Shown: positions 23,279-33,442, numbered from the stretch's first letter. The stretch is DNA of 64,000 nucleotides from Candidatus Bathyarchaeota archaeon (GCA_963714275.1 CAVQNT010000003.1:160001-224000); one strand, 5' to 3'. A program made the numbers and translations. The notes: generated from the letters alone by a model not told the origin.

Positions 23279-23662
23279 TTCCACAGGAAAGGGAGGGGTA
23301 ACAAATTAACTTTCTAAAAGAAGAAAAAAATGACAGATTAATTAAAATTGGGCTAAAAAAAGAGAGTTTGATGCCCTAAAACATATTTTAACAGAATAGT
23401 AAATAAGAAAAAAAAATTATATTTTATTAATAAAACTGATTTTAATTCAATATAATATATTGTATTTTTAGTAATCCCTCACCCCTATGTTTCCTTTAGA
23501 ATGTTATAAAATTAAAATTTTAAAAAATATATTTATTATTTATTATTCATTTTTTGAAGAATATAAAATAATTTCTGTAGTGGAAATATAGGGGGCTGGA
23601 TTCTCTAAAAAATATATTAAGACTAGTTTATTTTTTTGTATAGTTCCCCTTATTTTCAGTTT
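23279..23662. other. Chromosomal replication origin (oriC) with ORB elements and an AT-rich unwinding element
   Basis: ORB+ TTCCACAGGAAAGGGAGGGGT at 23279-23299; ORB- TTCTAAAGGAAACATAGGGGT at 23481-23501; ORB+ TGTAGTGGAAATATAGGGGG at 23576-23595; degenerate ORB- at ~23645-23662; directly upstream of cdc6. Confidence 0.88.
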
Positions 23663-23693
23663 TACGAATTTTAGATTTCACTAAAAATTCCTA

Positions 23694-24953
23694 ATGAGGA
23701 TTGATATGATTCTTCAACAAAACGTGCTAGACGATGTATTCAATAAATTTTTAAAGGGTTCAGTCATTTTTAAAAAGAGAGAGGCACTTTGTCATGATTA
23801 TATTCCTGATTCTCTTCCACATAGAGAAGATCAAATACGATATTTGGGTGAAATGTTAGCTCCTGCACTCAAAGGTTCAATATGTTCTAACATTTTGATT
23901 TATGGAAAAACGGGAACAGGAAAAACAGCGGTTGTTAATTATGTTCTTAATAAGCTTAGAATAAAAGCTGATGAATTATGTTCAAACGTTAAAGTTAGTT
24001 TTATTAATTGTCGTTTGGTTGGCACAGAATATAGGATTTTTTCATATTTATGTTCCAAACTTGATACAGAAATTCCCTTTACCGGACTCGCTTTAGGCGA
24101 AGTATTTGATCGTTTCAAAAAATCATTAGATTCAAAAAAAGTTCTTCTTATCGTGGCCTTAGATGAAATTGATGCAATTATAAAGAATCGGGGGGACATA
24201 CTCCTTTATGAATTAACTCGAATAAATGAAGGACTAACAAATAGTAAAGTAACAATTCTCGGTATTTCTAATGATTTAAAATTCAAGGAATTATTGGATC
24301 CTAGAGTACTTAGTACATTAAGAGAAGAGGAATTAATTTTCCGACCTTACAATGCAGAAGAACTTCATGATATACTATTCGAACGTGCAAAGGTTGCTTT
24401 TCAGGAAACAGTGCTAGACAAAGGGGTAATTGATTTATGTTCCGCCCTTGCTGCTGCTGAGCATGGTGATGCTCGTCGAGCATTGGACCTTTTAAGAGTC
24501 GCAGGTGAGGTAGCTGAGAGAAGAGGAGACAAGTTCGTTAATGAAGGGCACGTTCGTGAAGCGCAAACAAGAATTGAGCATGATAGAATATTAGAAACCA
24601 TAAAAAGTTTACCTATACACTCACGAATTGTGCTTCTAAGCGTATTTCTTCTAAAAAATTCAAATGTTGACCACTCAATTACTGGAGATATTTATAACAT
24701 ATACTGTGAGATGTGTGACGAAACAGGGTATACGCCACTCACGCAAAGAAGGGTAAGTGGTTTAATCAGCGAACTTGACATTATGGGACTTTTGAATTCT
24801 AGAGTAATCAGTCTAGGTCGTTATGGAAGGACAAAGAAAATTAGCCTAGGGATTCCAAGCCGAATCATTAGGCAATGCTTCTTAGGAGATGACAGATTCA
24901 AAAAAATGATTGATTACTGTCCAAAATATTTAGTGAACCTTAAGAATAATTGA
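23694..24953 (+). CDS. cdc6: Orc1/Cdc6 replication initiator
   Basis: LPHREDQI, Walker A GKTGTGKT, LDEID, HGDARRALDLLR and C-terminal GRYGRTKKI. Confidence 0.97.
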   Translation: MRIDMILQQNVLDDVFNKFLKGSVIFKKREALCHDYIPDSLPHREDQIRYLGEMLAPALKGSICSNILIYGKTGTGKTAVVNYVLNKLRIKADELCSNVKVSFINCRLVGTEYRIFSYLCSKLDTEIPFTGLALGEVFDRFKKSLDSKKVLLIVALDEIDAIIKNRGDILLYELTRINEGLTNSKVTILGISNDLKFKELLDPRVLSTLREEELIFRPYNAEELHDILFERAKVAFQETVLDKGVIDLCSALAAAEHGDARRALDLLRVAGEVAERRGDKFVNEGHVREAQTRIEHDRILETIKSLPIHSRIVLLSVFLLKNSNVDHSITGDIYNIYCEMCDETGYTPLTQRRVSGLISELDIMGLLNSRVISLGRYGRTKKISLGIPSRIIRQCFLGDDRFKKMIDYCPKYLVNLKNN

Positions 24954-25085
24954 TTATTATAGACCGCTTTAAATATTTTATAAAAAAATGGTCATAATTA
25001 ATCAAATAATAAGTTGGTCATACAACTTTATATTTTCCATTGAACTATTATTCTATTTATAATATACCGTTTTTGAGGGAATCAT

Positions 25086-26066
25086 ATGGAGCTTCGTAAA
25101 ATTCAGAAAACAAGGGGTGGCACATTTTTCGTCACCCTTCCCAAAGAATGGGCTGTGAAAAACGGAATTAACAAAGGAACTGTTGTATCAACTTCTATAA
25201 CGTCTGATGGCCATCTGATCATTGATCCGCAATATAATTTGGAACCTGTCCCTCAAATTATTGTTTTGAAGCCCACTCCTTATCTAAGCCGTGAAATCAT
25301 TGGAAAATACCTGCTTGGATATGACATAATACGGGTTGAAGCCAAAGACAGGATCACAACGGAACAAAGAGAAGCCATCAAAGAAACGTCAAGCCGGTTA
25401 ATCGGTCTAGAGATTATTGAGGAAGACTACACTAAAATGGTGATGCAATGTCTTTTGGAACCATCAGCTCTTCCTCCTGAAAAGGTCCTTCGTCGTGAAC
25501 ACTTAATTACGTCCGGCATGTTTAACGATGCTTTAACTGCCCTAGTTGAAGGTGATGTACAACTTGCGAAAAACGTGATAGCTAGGGACAATGAAGTTGA
25601 CCGCCTTTACTTTTTATTAGTACGAATACTTCGAACAGTTATTCAAAATCCTGGATTAAGCGAAAAACTAGAAATTCCTCCTATAGATTGTCTGGACTAC
25701 CGTTTAACTGCAAGTTTAGTAGAGTCTGTAGGAGACCTTTCTTCGCAAATTGCTGATTATGCGACTCATTTTAGTGGAAAAAGATTAGACATAGAATATT
25801 CAAAACCTTTTACAAAACTCTACAAAATTATACACGAATCTTATAATGATGCGTTAACAGCATTTCTTTCTCGTAATATTTCAACGGCTGCATCAGTTCG
25901 GAATAGAAAGACTGACATCACAGAAATGCATCACCAAGCTGATTCCATATGTAATGCTTTACCGATGGACGTTGCACAAAACATAATCTCAGTGACTTCT
26001 CTCATCAATCAAATATATGATTACAGTGTAGACATATCCGATCTTACGACACCAAAGGGGTCGTAA
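25086..26066 (+). CDS. phoU: AbrB-PhoU phosphate uptake regulator
   Basis: RKIQKTRGGTFFVTLPKEW AbrB domain; RDNEVDRLY PhoU repeat. Confidence 0.9.
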   Translation: MELRKIQKTRGGTFFVTLPKEWAVKNGINKGTVVSTSITSDGHLIIDPQYNLEPVPQIIVLKPTPYLSREIIGKYLLGYDIIRVEAKDRITTEQREAIKETSSRLIGLEIIEEDYTKMVMQCLLEPSALPPEKVLRREHLITSGMFNDALTALVEGDVQLAKNVIARDNEVDRLYFLLVRILRTVIQNPGLSEKLEIPPIDCLDYRLTASLVESVGDLSSQIADYATHFSGKRLDIEYSKPFTKLYKIIHESYNDALTAFLSRNISTAASVRNRKTDITEMHHQADSICNALPMDVAQNIISVTSLINQIYDYSVDISDLTTPKGS

Positions 26067-26178
26067 CTTTGATTTGAAGAATTAAAGGCGTTTAATGTAT
26101 ATCACATGACCTCACAGTCATCTGTATCGATATGACGCTGTTAGGGTTTCTTGATCAAAAAGGACCATGAATCTTAAC

Positions 26179-26475
26179 CTAGAAGATTTCCTTTTCACCA
26201 ATTTTTCTGTATGTTTTTCCTCTGACTTTTACTGATTGAACGGTGTCTTCTTCGGGTTCTTTCTCAACCGTTTTGCGTTTTACGGTTTCTCCGCACTTGC
26301 CGTTGGATAGCAAGCGTCTTGTCAAGCATATTGGATAGTTGCAGTTTGTTGGATCGCATTGTTCTTCGCTCCATATGCACCACGCTGCCCTTCCTCTGAA
26401 TTGTAGAGCATTTTTTCCGCATCGAAATTTCGGGCAGTTTGGAGAACATAAATTAGGGGTTTGCATGTTCAGCAC
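26179..26475 (-). CDS. Small Cys-rich (8 Cys) hypothetical metal-binding protein
   Basis: CSPNCPKFRC...WCIWSEEQCDPTNCNYPIC...KCG. Confidence 0.65.
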   Translation of the reverse strand: MLNMQTPNLCSPNCPKFRCGKNALQFRGRAAWCIWSEEQCDPTNCNYPICLTRRLLSNGKCGETVKRKTVEKEPEEDTVQSVKVRGKTYRKIGEKEIF

Positions 26476-26681
26476 AACCTTGGTGGATAAAACAGTTTAC
26501 GAGGTTGCATTTTTCAACCATTGAGTTTGAATATTTATAGGTGGTTATAAACTTTTCTTGTGGTTCTTCCCTAAAACATTTGTGAACTCTTCAATCATAA
26601 AACGTTATTAAAAAAAAGAAAATATGTTATAATATTTTATAATAGTAACATGACATCGTTTTAACATATAAACGGTTCATA

Positions 26682-27716
26682 GTGAGTATCTTGGGAGTCA
26701 ACCTAACACCCATAATGTTAAAAAACGATATCCAATTACGGGACCTTACAGGAAAAAAACTTGCGATCGACGCAAACAATTTCATCTACCAATTCCTTTC
26801 CGTCATCAGAACGCGTGATACGACTCCATTAACTGGTCCGGATGGAACCGTGACATCACATTTAGCAGGTATTCTTTACCGCGTCACGCACTTAATTTCC
26901 GAATATAGCATGAGTTTCGTTTTCGTTTTTGACGGTCCCCCTCCAAAGCTCAAGCAAGAGGAAATTGAGAAGAGGCGTCAGCTTCGAGAAAAGGCAACCA
27001 GGGAATGGAAGGAAGCCTTGAGGATGGGAGATTATGATAAAGCTTTTTCTAAAGCAGTAATGATGAGCCGTTTAACTGGTCCTATGGTTCAGGACGCAAA
27101 GAAGCTCTTGACATTACTTGGTATTCCCCATGTTCAGGCGCCGTCCGAGGCAGAGTCACAGGCAGCCTACATGGCGATGAAAGGCGATGTCTGGGCGTCA
27201 AGCAGCAAGGATTATGATTCGCTGCTTTTTGGTACCCCTAGGCTTGTGAGGTATCTTACGATTTACGGTAAGGAGTATCTTCCTTCCAAGGGGGTTTCGA
27301 GACCCTTAAACCCCGAATTAATTGTTTTAGACGAATTTTTAACGAAACACGGCATATCACGTAACCAATTAGTCGACATGTCAATCCTAATCGGGACAGA
27401 TTTTAACAAGGGAGTAAAGGGTATCGGTCCGAAGATAGCGTTAAAGCTCATTAAGGAATACAACAGACTCGAAAATTTTCCTAACGACATTCGATCTAGG
27501 ATTGCTGACCATTATGAGGAAGTTAGGGCGATTTTCCTGAAGCCCGAAGTAACTTCCAATTATGATACAACGACTACTTCATTGAAAGAGAACGACATCT
27601 ATACGTTCCTGTGTGACGAGAAAGGGTTTTCGAGAATACGAGTTGAAAACGCCATCAACAGAATTAAAGAATCATTTGAAAATGTGGAACAGCTCAATTT
27701 AGGTAAATGGCTGTAA
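26682..27716 (+). CDS. fen: Flap endonuclease 1
   Basis: IDANNFIYQFL, APSEAESQA, DYDSLLFG, GTDFN and the C-terminal PIP box QLNLGKWL. Confidence 0.96.
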   Translation: MSILGVNLTPIMLKNDIQLRDLTGKKLAIDANNFIYQFLSVIRTRDTTPLTGPDGTVTSHLAGILYRVTHLISEYSMSFVFVFDGPPPKLKQEEIEKRRQLREKATREWKEALRMGDYDKAFSKAVMMSRLTGPMVQDAKKLLTLLGIPHVQAPSEAESQAAYMAMKGDVWASSSKDYDSLLFGTPRLVRYLTIYGKEYLPSKGVSRPLNPELIVLDEFLTKHGISRNQLVDMSILIGTDFNKGVKGIGPKIALKLIKEYNRLENFPNDIRSRIADHYEEVRAIFLKPEVTSNYDTTTTSLKENDIYTFLCDEKGFSRIRVENAINRIKESFENVEQLNLGKWL

Positions 27717-27757
27717 AATTCGTATTGAAATTTTGTATAAGTCTTAGCTTATCAGTA

Positions 27758-28048
27758 TTAAACAATGGTTAGTTTGCCGTATCTTCCCACGTTAAGTTGG
27801 ATTTCGCCTCGGAACGATTTTATGTAGCCATTTTCGATTTTGACAGTGTCACTTACGTTTACTTGCCCGATCTGTTCGTTCCATAGTACGAGCTTTATTG
27901 TTCCGCTGTCATCCTTAATGGTTGCTTCAGCCACTTTGTAGGTTTCACCGGTAAACTTGGAACTTACTTCTCGAGGTTCAGAAACTTCTATTACCTGTGC
28001 TTCTACATCTATCCTTCTTAAGCCGTCTCTTAACTCAGCGATTTTCAC
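27758..28048 (-). CDS. ssb: Single OB-fold ssDNA-binding protein
   Basis: DDSGTIKLVLW and ENGYIKSFRGEIQLNVGRYG. Confidence 0.88.
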   Translation of the reverse strand: MKIAELRDGLRRIDVEAQVIEVSEPREVSSKFTGETYKVAEATIKDDSGTIKLVLWNEQIGQVNVSDTVKIENGYIKSFRGEIQLNVGRYGKLTIV

Positions 28049-28267
28049 GTTTTTTCCTCCTGTTTGTTTTTTAGTTACAAAATTCTTTCAGAACACACAA
28101 TTAAAGCCATGATATTATTTTTGTTTGTTTTGGACATTAGTAATGCTTGGAAGTCGAATGTTTGATATAAGTTTTATCATTGAGTTAAAAAAAACAGTAA
28201 AAAGATATAGATTAAGGAACGAGATAAAGACTGAGTTGAGTGTGGAATTGTTACGTGTGACGAATAG

Positions 28268-29689
28268 GTGAATGTAATGGAACATGTTAGAATTCTTGTT
28301 GTTTCATATGGCTCTAGAGCTGCTTCCATGGTAGACGCCCTATGTCGAAGCCAAGAGTACATCACTGAACTGTATATTGTTGACAAACAAAAAAATCCAT
28401 TCAACCTAAAAAGGGCTAAAGAACATGTTGTCGCCCCTTCGCTTTCTCCAAATGAGATATGCAAGTTTGCTAAGAAATTTCGTGAAAAAATTGATTTCGG
28501 AATCGTAGGTCCAGAAAAACCCATCATTGCGGGTGTTAGAGATATCGTTGAAAAAGAAGCAGGCATACCGTTGATTTGTCCAACCCAGAAATATGCCATT
28601 GAAGGAAGTAAGGTTACACAGAGAAGACTGTTTCAAGACATCATCCCGGAAGTTAATCCCCAGTTCAAGGTCTTCGATCCAAAGGATTACCACAACCTAG
28701 ACGAGGTGAAAAAGCCGCTTTTCAAATGGATAGATGAACTAGAGAACCAAGTTGCCATAAAACCAGATACGCCAGTGGCTGGTAAAGGGGTTGGAGTTTG
28801 GGGTGACCACTTCAATACCCGTGACCAATTATGGGAACATTTCATGTTAAATTTTAGCCAAGGCTCAGTTATTGTTGAAGAAAAAATAGAAGGGGAAGAG
28901 TCAAGTTTTCAAGCCTTCTGCGACGGAAAACATCTTATTCCTCTGCCTGAAACTCGAGACCACAAACGCGCATTCGATGGTGATGCTGGACCGAATACGG
29001 GCGGGATGGGATCATACAAAGGCCAAAGTAACTTCTTACCGTTTATGAGTCACGGCGACTGGGATAAAGAAGTCAAGATTGTCAATAAAATCTTTAACAA
29101 GTTAAGGGGTAACAGTAACAATCCCGGTTTACGTGGCATACCGTTCTATGTGGCTTTCATACACACACGGAAAGGACCCATGATTCTTGAAAATAATAGC
29201 AGAGCCGGAGATCCCGAAATTATGAACATTCTGCCTATTCTGAAGGATGATTTTGTCGAAGTTTGTTTTAAGATGATTGAAGGGTCCTTAATAAAAGTCG
29301 AAGTCGAGAAAAAAGCGACAGTGACAACATACAAGGTTCCTCCAGAGTATGGCGGATATGCGGATGTGTTCCCCGATAAAGTCAACAAAACCGACATCGG
29401 GACGCCTGTTGTCCTAGGCGATGCGGAAAAATTAGTGTCAAAGCAAGGCGACATAATGCGAATTTATCCTGGATCATTGGAGATCAGGGACGATGGACAA
29501 TGTTATGCGTTAGGGTCACGAACGGTCTGCTGCGTCGGTGTCGGAGAAAATATTCAATCAGCACGCGAAATTTCTCTCAAAGGAATAGCAGCCATCAAAG
29601 GGGGAGCTCTTTGGAACCGAACAGACATAGCTTCTCCGCAGCATATAGGCAAGAGCATAAAACACATGCAAAATTTGAGGAAGCCTTAA
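28268..29689 (+). CDS. purD: Phosphoribosylamine-glycine ligase
   Basis: IVGPEKP, AGKGV and DHKRAFDGDAGPNTGGMGSY. Confidence 0.9.
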   Translation: MNVMEHVRILVVSYGSRAASMVDALCRSQEYITELYIVDKQKNPFNLKRAKEHVVAPSLSPNEICKFAKKFREKIDFGIVGPEKPIIAGVRDIVEKEAGIPLICPTQKYAIEGSKVTQRRLFQDIIPEVNPQFKVFDPKDYHNLDEVKKPLFKWIDELENQVAIKPDTPVAGKGVGVWGDHFNTRDQLWEHFMLNFSQGSVIVEEKIEGEESSFQAFCDGKHLIPLPETRDHKRAFDGDAGPNTGGMGSYKGQSNFLPFMSHGDWDKEVKIVNKIFNKLRGNSNNPGLRGIPFYVAFIHTRKGPMILENNSRAGDPEIMNILPILKDDFVEVCFKMIEGSLIKVEVEKKATVTTYKVPPEYGGYADVFPDKVNKTDIGTPVVLGDAEKLVSKQGDIMRIYPGSLEIRDDGQCYALGSRTVCCVGVGENIQSAREISLKGIAAIKGGALWNRTDIASPQHIGKSIKHMQNLRKP

Positions 29690-30777
29690 TGAAAAAAGGG
29701 CCAAGAGTTTTTGTTACTGATTGCGAAGGCCCTATTTCAAAAAATGACAACGCGTTCGAGCTGATGAGCCGCATCGTTCCAAACGGCAATCGCCTTTTTC
29801 CGCTGATCAGCCGTTACGACGACGTTCTCGCTGACATTGTAAAGAAACCTGGTTACAAGGCTGGAGACACGTTAAAGCTTATTCTTCCATTTCTGAAGGC
29901 TTATGGAGCCACAAACAAATTGTTTAAGGATTACTCTTCGCAGAATGTTTTGCTGGTTCCGGGAGCCGGCGAAACCTTAAGATTCGTTAATAGCTTCATG
30001 CCCTCATACATTGTAAGCACTAGCTACGAGCATTACCTTTTTTCGTTGTGTGACATCATTGGGTTTCCTAAAGAAAACGTGTATTGCACCAAGCTAGACA
30101 TTGACAAATACCAACTTCCTGAAGGCGAAATCACAAAGATAAAAACAATTACCGAAGAACTCTCAACGATGCCCATGATTGAGATGCCTAACAGCGCTGT
30201 TTCTTTAGGTAGTTTTCCTAAAGAATCTCAAGATTCTATCGCAAGACTTGACGAATTATTTTGGCAGGAACTAATCGGCACGCAAGCAGGAAAAATGATT
30301 AAAGAGGTTAATCCAGTAGGTGGCTACGAGAAAGCAAATGCGATTAAAAACATTACCAAGAAAACCAATGCTGACCTTTCGGACGTAATCTATGTAGGTG
30401 ACAGCATAACCGATGTTGACCCTTTCCGACTTGTTAGAAACGCTGGTGGCTTAACTGTTTCTTTTAATGGCAACCGCTACGCTGTTAGAGAGGCTGAAAT
30501 CGCTGTGATGTCGCATCACACTTACATCACAACTATTCTGGCTGAGGTCTTCAATCGGTTCGGAAAACAGAAAGTGTTCGACTTAACCGAGAACTGGTCA
30601 CTGGATTATATAAAATCGTTCTGTAGCCTTTCCCTATTCAGTATGCTTAAGAGGGTTGTTTTAGAAAAGCCCGTTAGAATCGAAAAAATAACGTCAAGCA
30701 ATATGGAGAAGCTCGCATCAGAGAGCAGCGACTTCAGAAAGATGGTCAGAGGGAAAGCCACGGGAAAACTTGGTTAA
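29689..30777 (+). CDS. HAD-superfamily hydrolase (EhaR-like)
   Basis: TDCEGPISKNDNA and YVGDSITD; ATG overlaps the purD stop codon. Confidence 0.75.
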   Translation: MKKGPRVFVTDCEGPISKNDNAFELMSRIVPNGNRLFPLISRYDDVLADIVKKPGYKAGDTLKLILPFLKAYGATNKLFKDYSSQNVLLVPGAGETLRFVNSFMPSYIVSTSYEHYLFSLCDIIGFPKENVYCTKLDIDKYQLPEGEITKIKTITEELSTMPMIEMPNSAVSLGSFPKESQDSIARLDELFWQELIGTQAGKMIKEVNPVGGYEKANAIKNITKKTNADLSDVIYVGDSITDVDPFRLVRNAGGLTVSFNGNRYAVREAEIAVMSHHTYITTILAEVFNRFGKQKVFDLTENWSLDYIKSFCSLSLFSMLKRVVLEKPVRIEKITSSNMEKLASESSDFRKMVRGKATGKLG

Positions 30778-30902
30778 AGACTAATGTGACCAAATCAGAA
30801 CGCTTCATCATTGTGGAATTTCGGGTTCTTTTTTAAAATAATAATCCATTAATCATCATGCATTTATCCACTGTAACTTAATATGATTGTATGTTGCGGT
30901 AG

Positions 30903-31817
30903 GTGGGATTTGTGATGGTAGAGGTTGAGGACACTTATGCTGAGGCTTTTGAAGGTTTGTATTTCAGAATTCTCGTTACTGCTGACGATAAGGCTACGGT
31001 TAGGAGAGCTGCAGAAGACGCTACTGCAACACCCTCAATAGTTATTGGAAGAGTCGAAGGCGGAATCGAGAAAAACGTCGACAAGGAAAACACACCTGAT
31101 AAACGTTGGGGCGCAATCCTGCAGTTCTGGAGCGCCATTGACGAGAAAAAACCGTTAAATGAGGTAATTGAAAAGTTCTACAAGGAATTCTCATATCGGA
31201 TACGTCAAGACATACTTGTCAAGCCCTTTACGTCAGTCTTCGACGCTTGTCAAGACCAAATTGGCAAAATAGACGCGATGGACCGTATAGGACACTGTGG
31301 AGATGGCTACGAATGGACAGAAAAGTTCCTTGACAAAGAAATGATAACGGTGCCTATCATGGTTCCAGACTTTCGCATTGAACGTTACCTTGGCTACGGA
31401 AGGGGGGTTATAGGTGGCAACTTCTGGTACATGTGTTCAACCAAAAAGGCTGTAATGAAAGCAGGAAATAGGGCTCTTAGAGCAATCAGTACGGTTGAAG
31501 GCGCTATCGCACCATTCGGAATATGCTCTGCTGGGTCAAAAGCTGAAACCATTTTTCCTAAAATTGGACCAACCACAAATCATCCCTATTGTCCCTCGCT
31601 TAAGAGGAATCTCGGAACATTGTCGAAGGTTCCAAAGGAGGTAGGGTTCATCCCAGAAATCGTCATCAATGGTATAACTTTGTCTGTGGTAAAAAAGGCA
31701 ATGAAAGTCGGAATAGAGGCTGCGTCAAGTGTTGAAGGGGTAATGAATATTTCCGCAGGCAATTATGGGGAAAAACTTGGTAAATACAGGATCAACTTAA
31801 AGGAGTTGCTCCGTTGA
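30903..31817 (+). CDS. ftr: Formylmethanofuran:tetrahydromethanopterin formyltransferase (divergent)
   Basis: EDTYAEAF, GVIGGNF, SAGSK, EIVING and ISAGNYGEKLG. Confidence 0.88.
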   Translation: MGFVMVEVEDTYAEAFEGLYFRILVTADDKATVRRAAEDATATPSIVIGRVEGGIEKNVDKENTPDKRWGAILQFWSAIDEKKPLNEVIEKFYKEFSYRIRQDILVKPFTSVFDACQDQIGKIDAMDRIGHCGDGYEWTEKFLDKEMITVPIMVPDFRIERYLGYGRGVIGGNFWYMCSTKKAVMKAGNRALRAISTVEGAIAPFGICSAGSKAETIFPKIGPTTNHPYCPSLKRNLGTLSKVPKEVGFIPEIVINGITLSVVKKAMKVGIEAASSVEGVMNISAGNYGEKLGKYRINLKELLR

Positions 31818-32713
31818 CGTTTGATGTTGTCTGCTTTGGCGCCCTAAATGTTGATAAGCTTTACAAGGTCAACCGTATAGCCAAAGCTGAAGAAGAAAGC
31901 GAAATTCAGGAATTCGTTGAGTCGCCAGGCGGCTCTGCTGCAAACACCGCTGTTGGATTGGCAAGGCTTGGCGTAAGAACCGGTTACATCGGGAAGGTTG
32001 CTGCTGGAAGGGACGGCGAGTATCTTTTAGGGGCTTTCCGAAAGGAAGGCGTGAACACAGACGGAATTGTAGTCTCAAAAGACGGACGATGCGGCTCAGT
32101 CACTGGGTTTGTGGATCAAGAAGGTCAAAGGGCGTTATACTTAGACCCAGGAGTAAACAGCACCTTAAGATTCGATGAGATCAACCTCGAATATGTTACT
32201 GGAGTAAAATTCCTGCACTTAACATCTTTTGCATCCAACGATCCTCTTAGGGCACAGATTAAGCTGATTAACATGCTTCCAGAAATCGCCGTGGTTCTTG
32301 ATCCGGGAATGATATATGCCCGTAAAGGGCTTGACCGTTTAAGACCCTTAGTGAAAAAATGTTATGCTGCACTTCCTAACGAAGGCGAATTATGGCTATT
32401 GACTGGAAAGGGGTGTCCGGAAGGTGCAGAGGTGTTGCTGGATGAAGGGGTAAAAGTGGTTGCAGTTAAACTTGGAGACAGAGGATGTTACGTCACTAAC
32501 GGTAAAGAAAGGCACTTCGTAGAACCATACAAGGTGAATGTTGTGGACACCACGGGTGCTGGTGACGCCTTCTGCGCAGGATTCATCTATGGCTTACTAA
32601 ATGGAAAACCACTCAAAGAATGCGGAGTAATAGGAAACTTTGTTGCCTCAAGGGTCCTGACCGAGATGGGAGCAAGGAACGGTCTACCAAGAAGAAGTGA
32701 ACTTCCAATCTAA
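31814..32713 (+). CDS. PfkB carbohydrate/nucleoside kinase
   Basis: GGSAANTAVGLARLG and DTTGAGDAF. Confidence 0.9.
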   Translation: MTFDVVCFGALNVDKLYKVNRIAKAEEESEIQEFVESPGGSAANTAVGLARLGVRTGYIGKVAAGRDGEYLLGAFRKEGVNTDGIVVSKDGRCGSVTGFVDQEGQRALYLDPGVNSTLRFDEINLEYVTGVKFLHLTSFASNDPLRAQIKLINMLPEIAVVLDPGMIYARKGLDRLRPLVKKCYAALPNEGELWLLTGKGCPEGAEVLLDEGVKVVAVKLGDRGCYVTNGKERHFVEPYKVNVVDTTGAGDAFCAGFIYGLLNGKPLKECGVIGNFVASRVLTEMGARNGLPRRSELPI

Positions 32714-32820
32714 TCTTAGTCATAATCGAATTTTTTTTGTCAAAAAATTAAGTTTCAATTTGGAATGAAAGTTTGAACAACCTTAAATCCTTCCACATAT
32801 ACTATCGAAGGGTCAAGCGT

Positions 32821-33442
32821 ATGATACAAAGGATCTCCTTAACGCTAGACAGAAGGCTTTTCTCGTTATTAGCTGAGGAGATTATAGGCTATCTACCACA
32901 GTTTGAACCCTACTCGTCGGATTACCAAATGGTGCTCTACGCTTGTAAAGATCTTAAGGAATGGGTTAAATGGAAGTTTGCCTTAAGATCCCTTCGAGAA
33001 GTTGACGCAGCAATCCAAGAACATTTGGAAAGTGATCATGAATCCTTTAGATGTTTTTTGAGATGTTGGACAAGCCTTTGGGTAGTTAAATGGAGGGAAC
33101 GGGTTGAGGTGCTCACAACCATGCCAAAGCCTCCTAAAGAAGTCTTAAAGCAGATTAAGGACACAAGAACCTTCCTTCAAAAAATGAAATATAGAAAGGA
33201 ACTGAAACAAATGCTAATGCGGAAACTTCTGGTTCAAGGCGAAATCTGCATGGTAGGTTTTATTGCAGAACAATTAATGACGGAGGAGACAACTAGACGT
33301 AATTTAGGCATCAATCCAGACTCATGAGTTCCCACAAACGTTTTCCCTAGACGTCCTAAATGCAATTTCTTATAGGATATCCAAGATATCATTGGAAAAG
33401 GGTCCTCTTGTCTACCTAAACATCAAACCCAATCCGATGTAA
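32821..33442 (+). CDS. Hypothetical protein; probable frameshift near 33310
   Basis: ORF 32773..33327; an open alternative frame continues to TAA at 33442. Confidence 0.5.

Noticed and set aside
30785-30799. TGTGACCAAATCAGA resembling half of the dispersed repeat
   Set aside because: No partner half 24 bp upstream; may be chance
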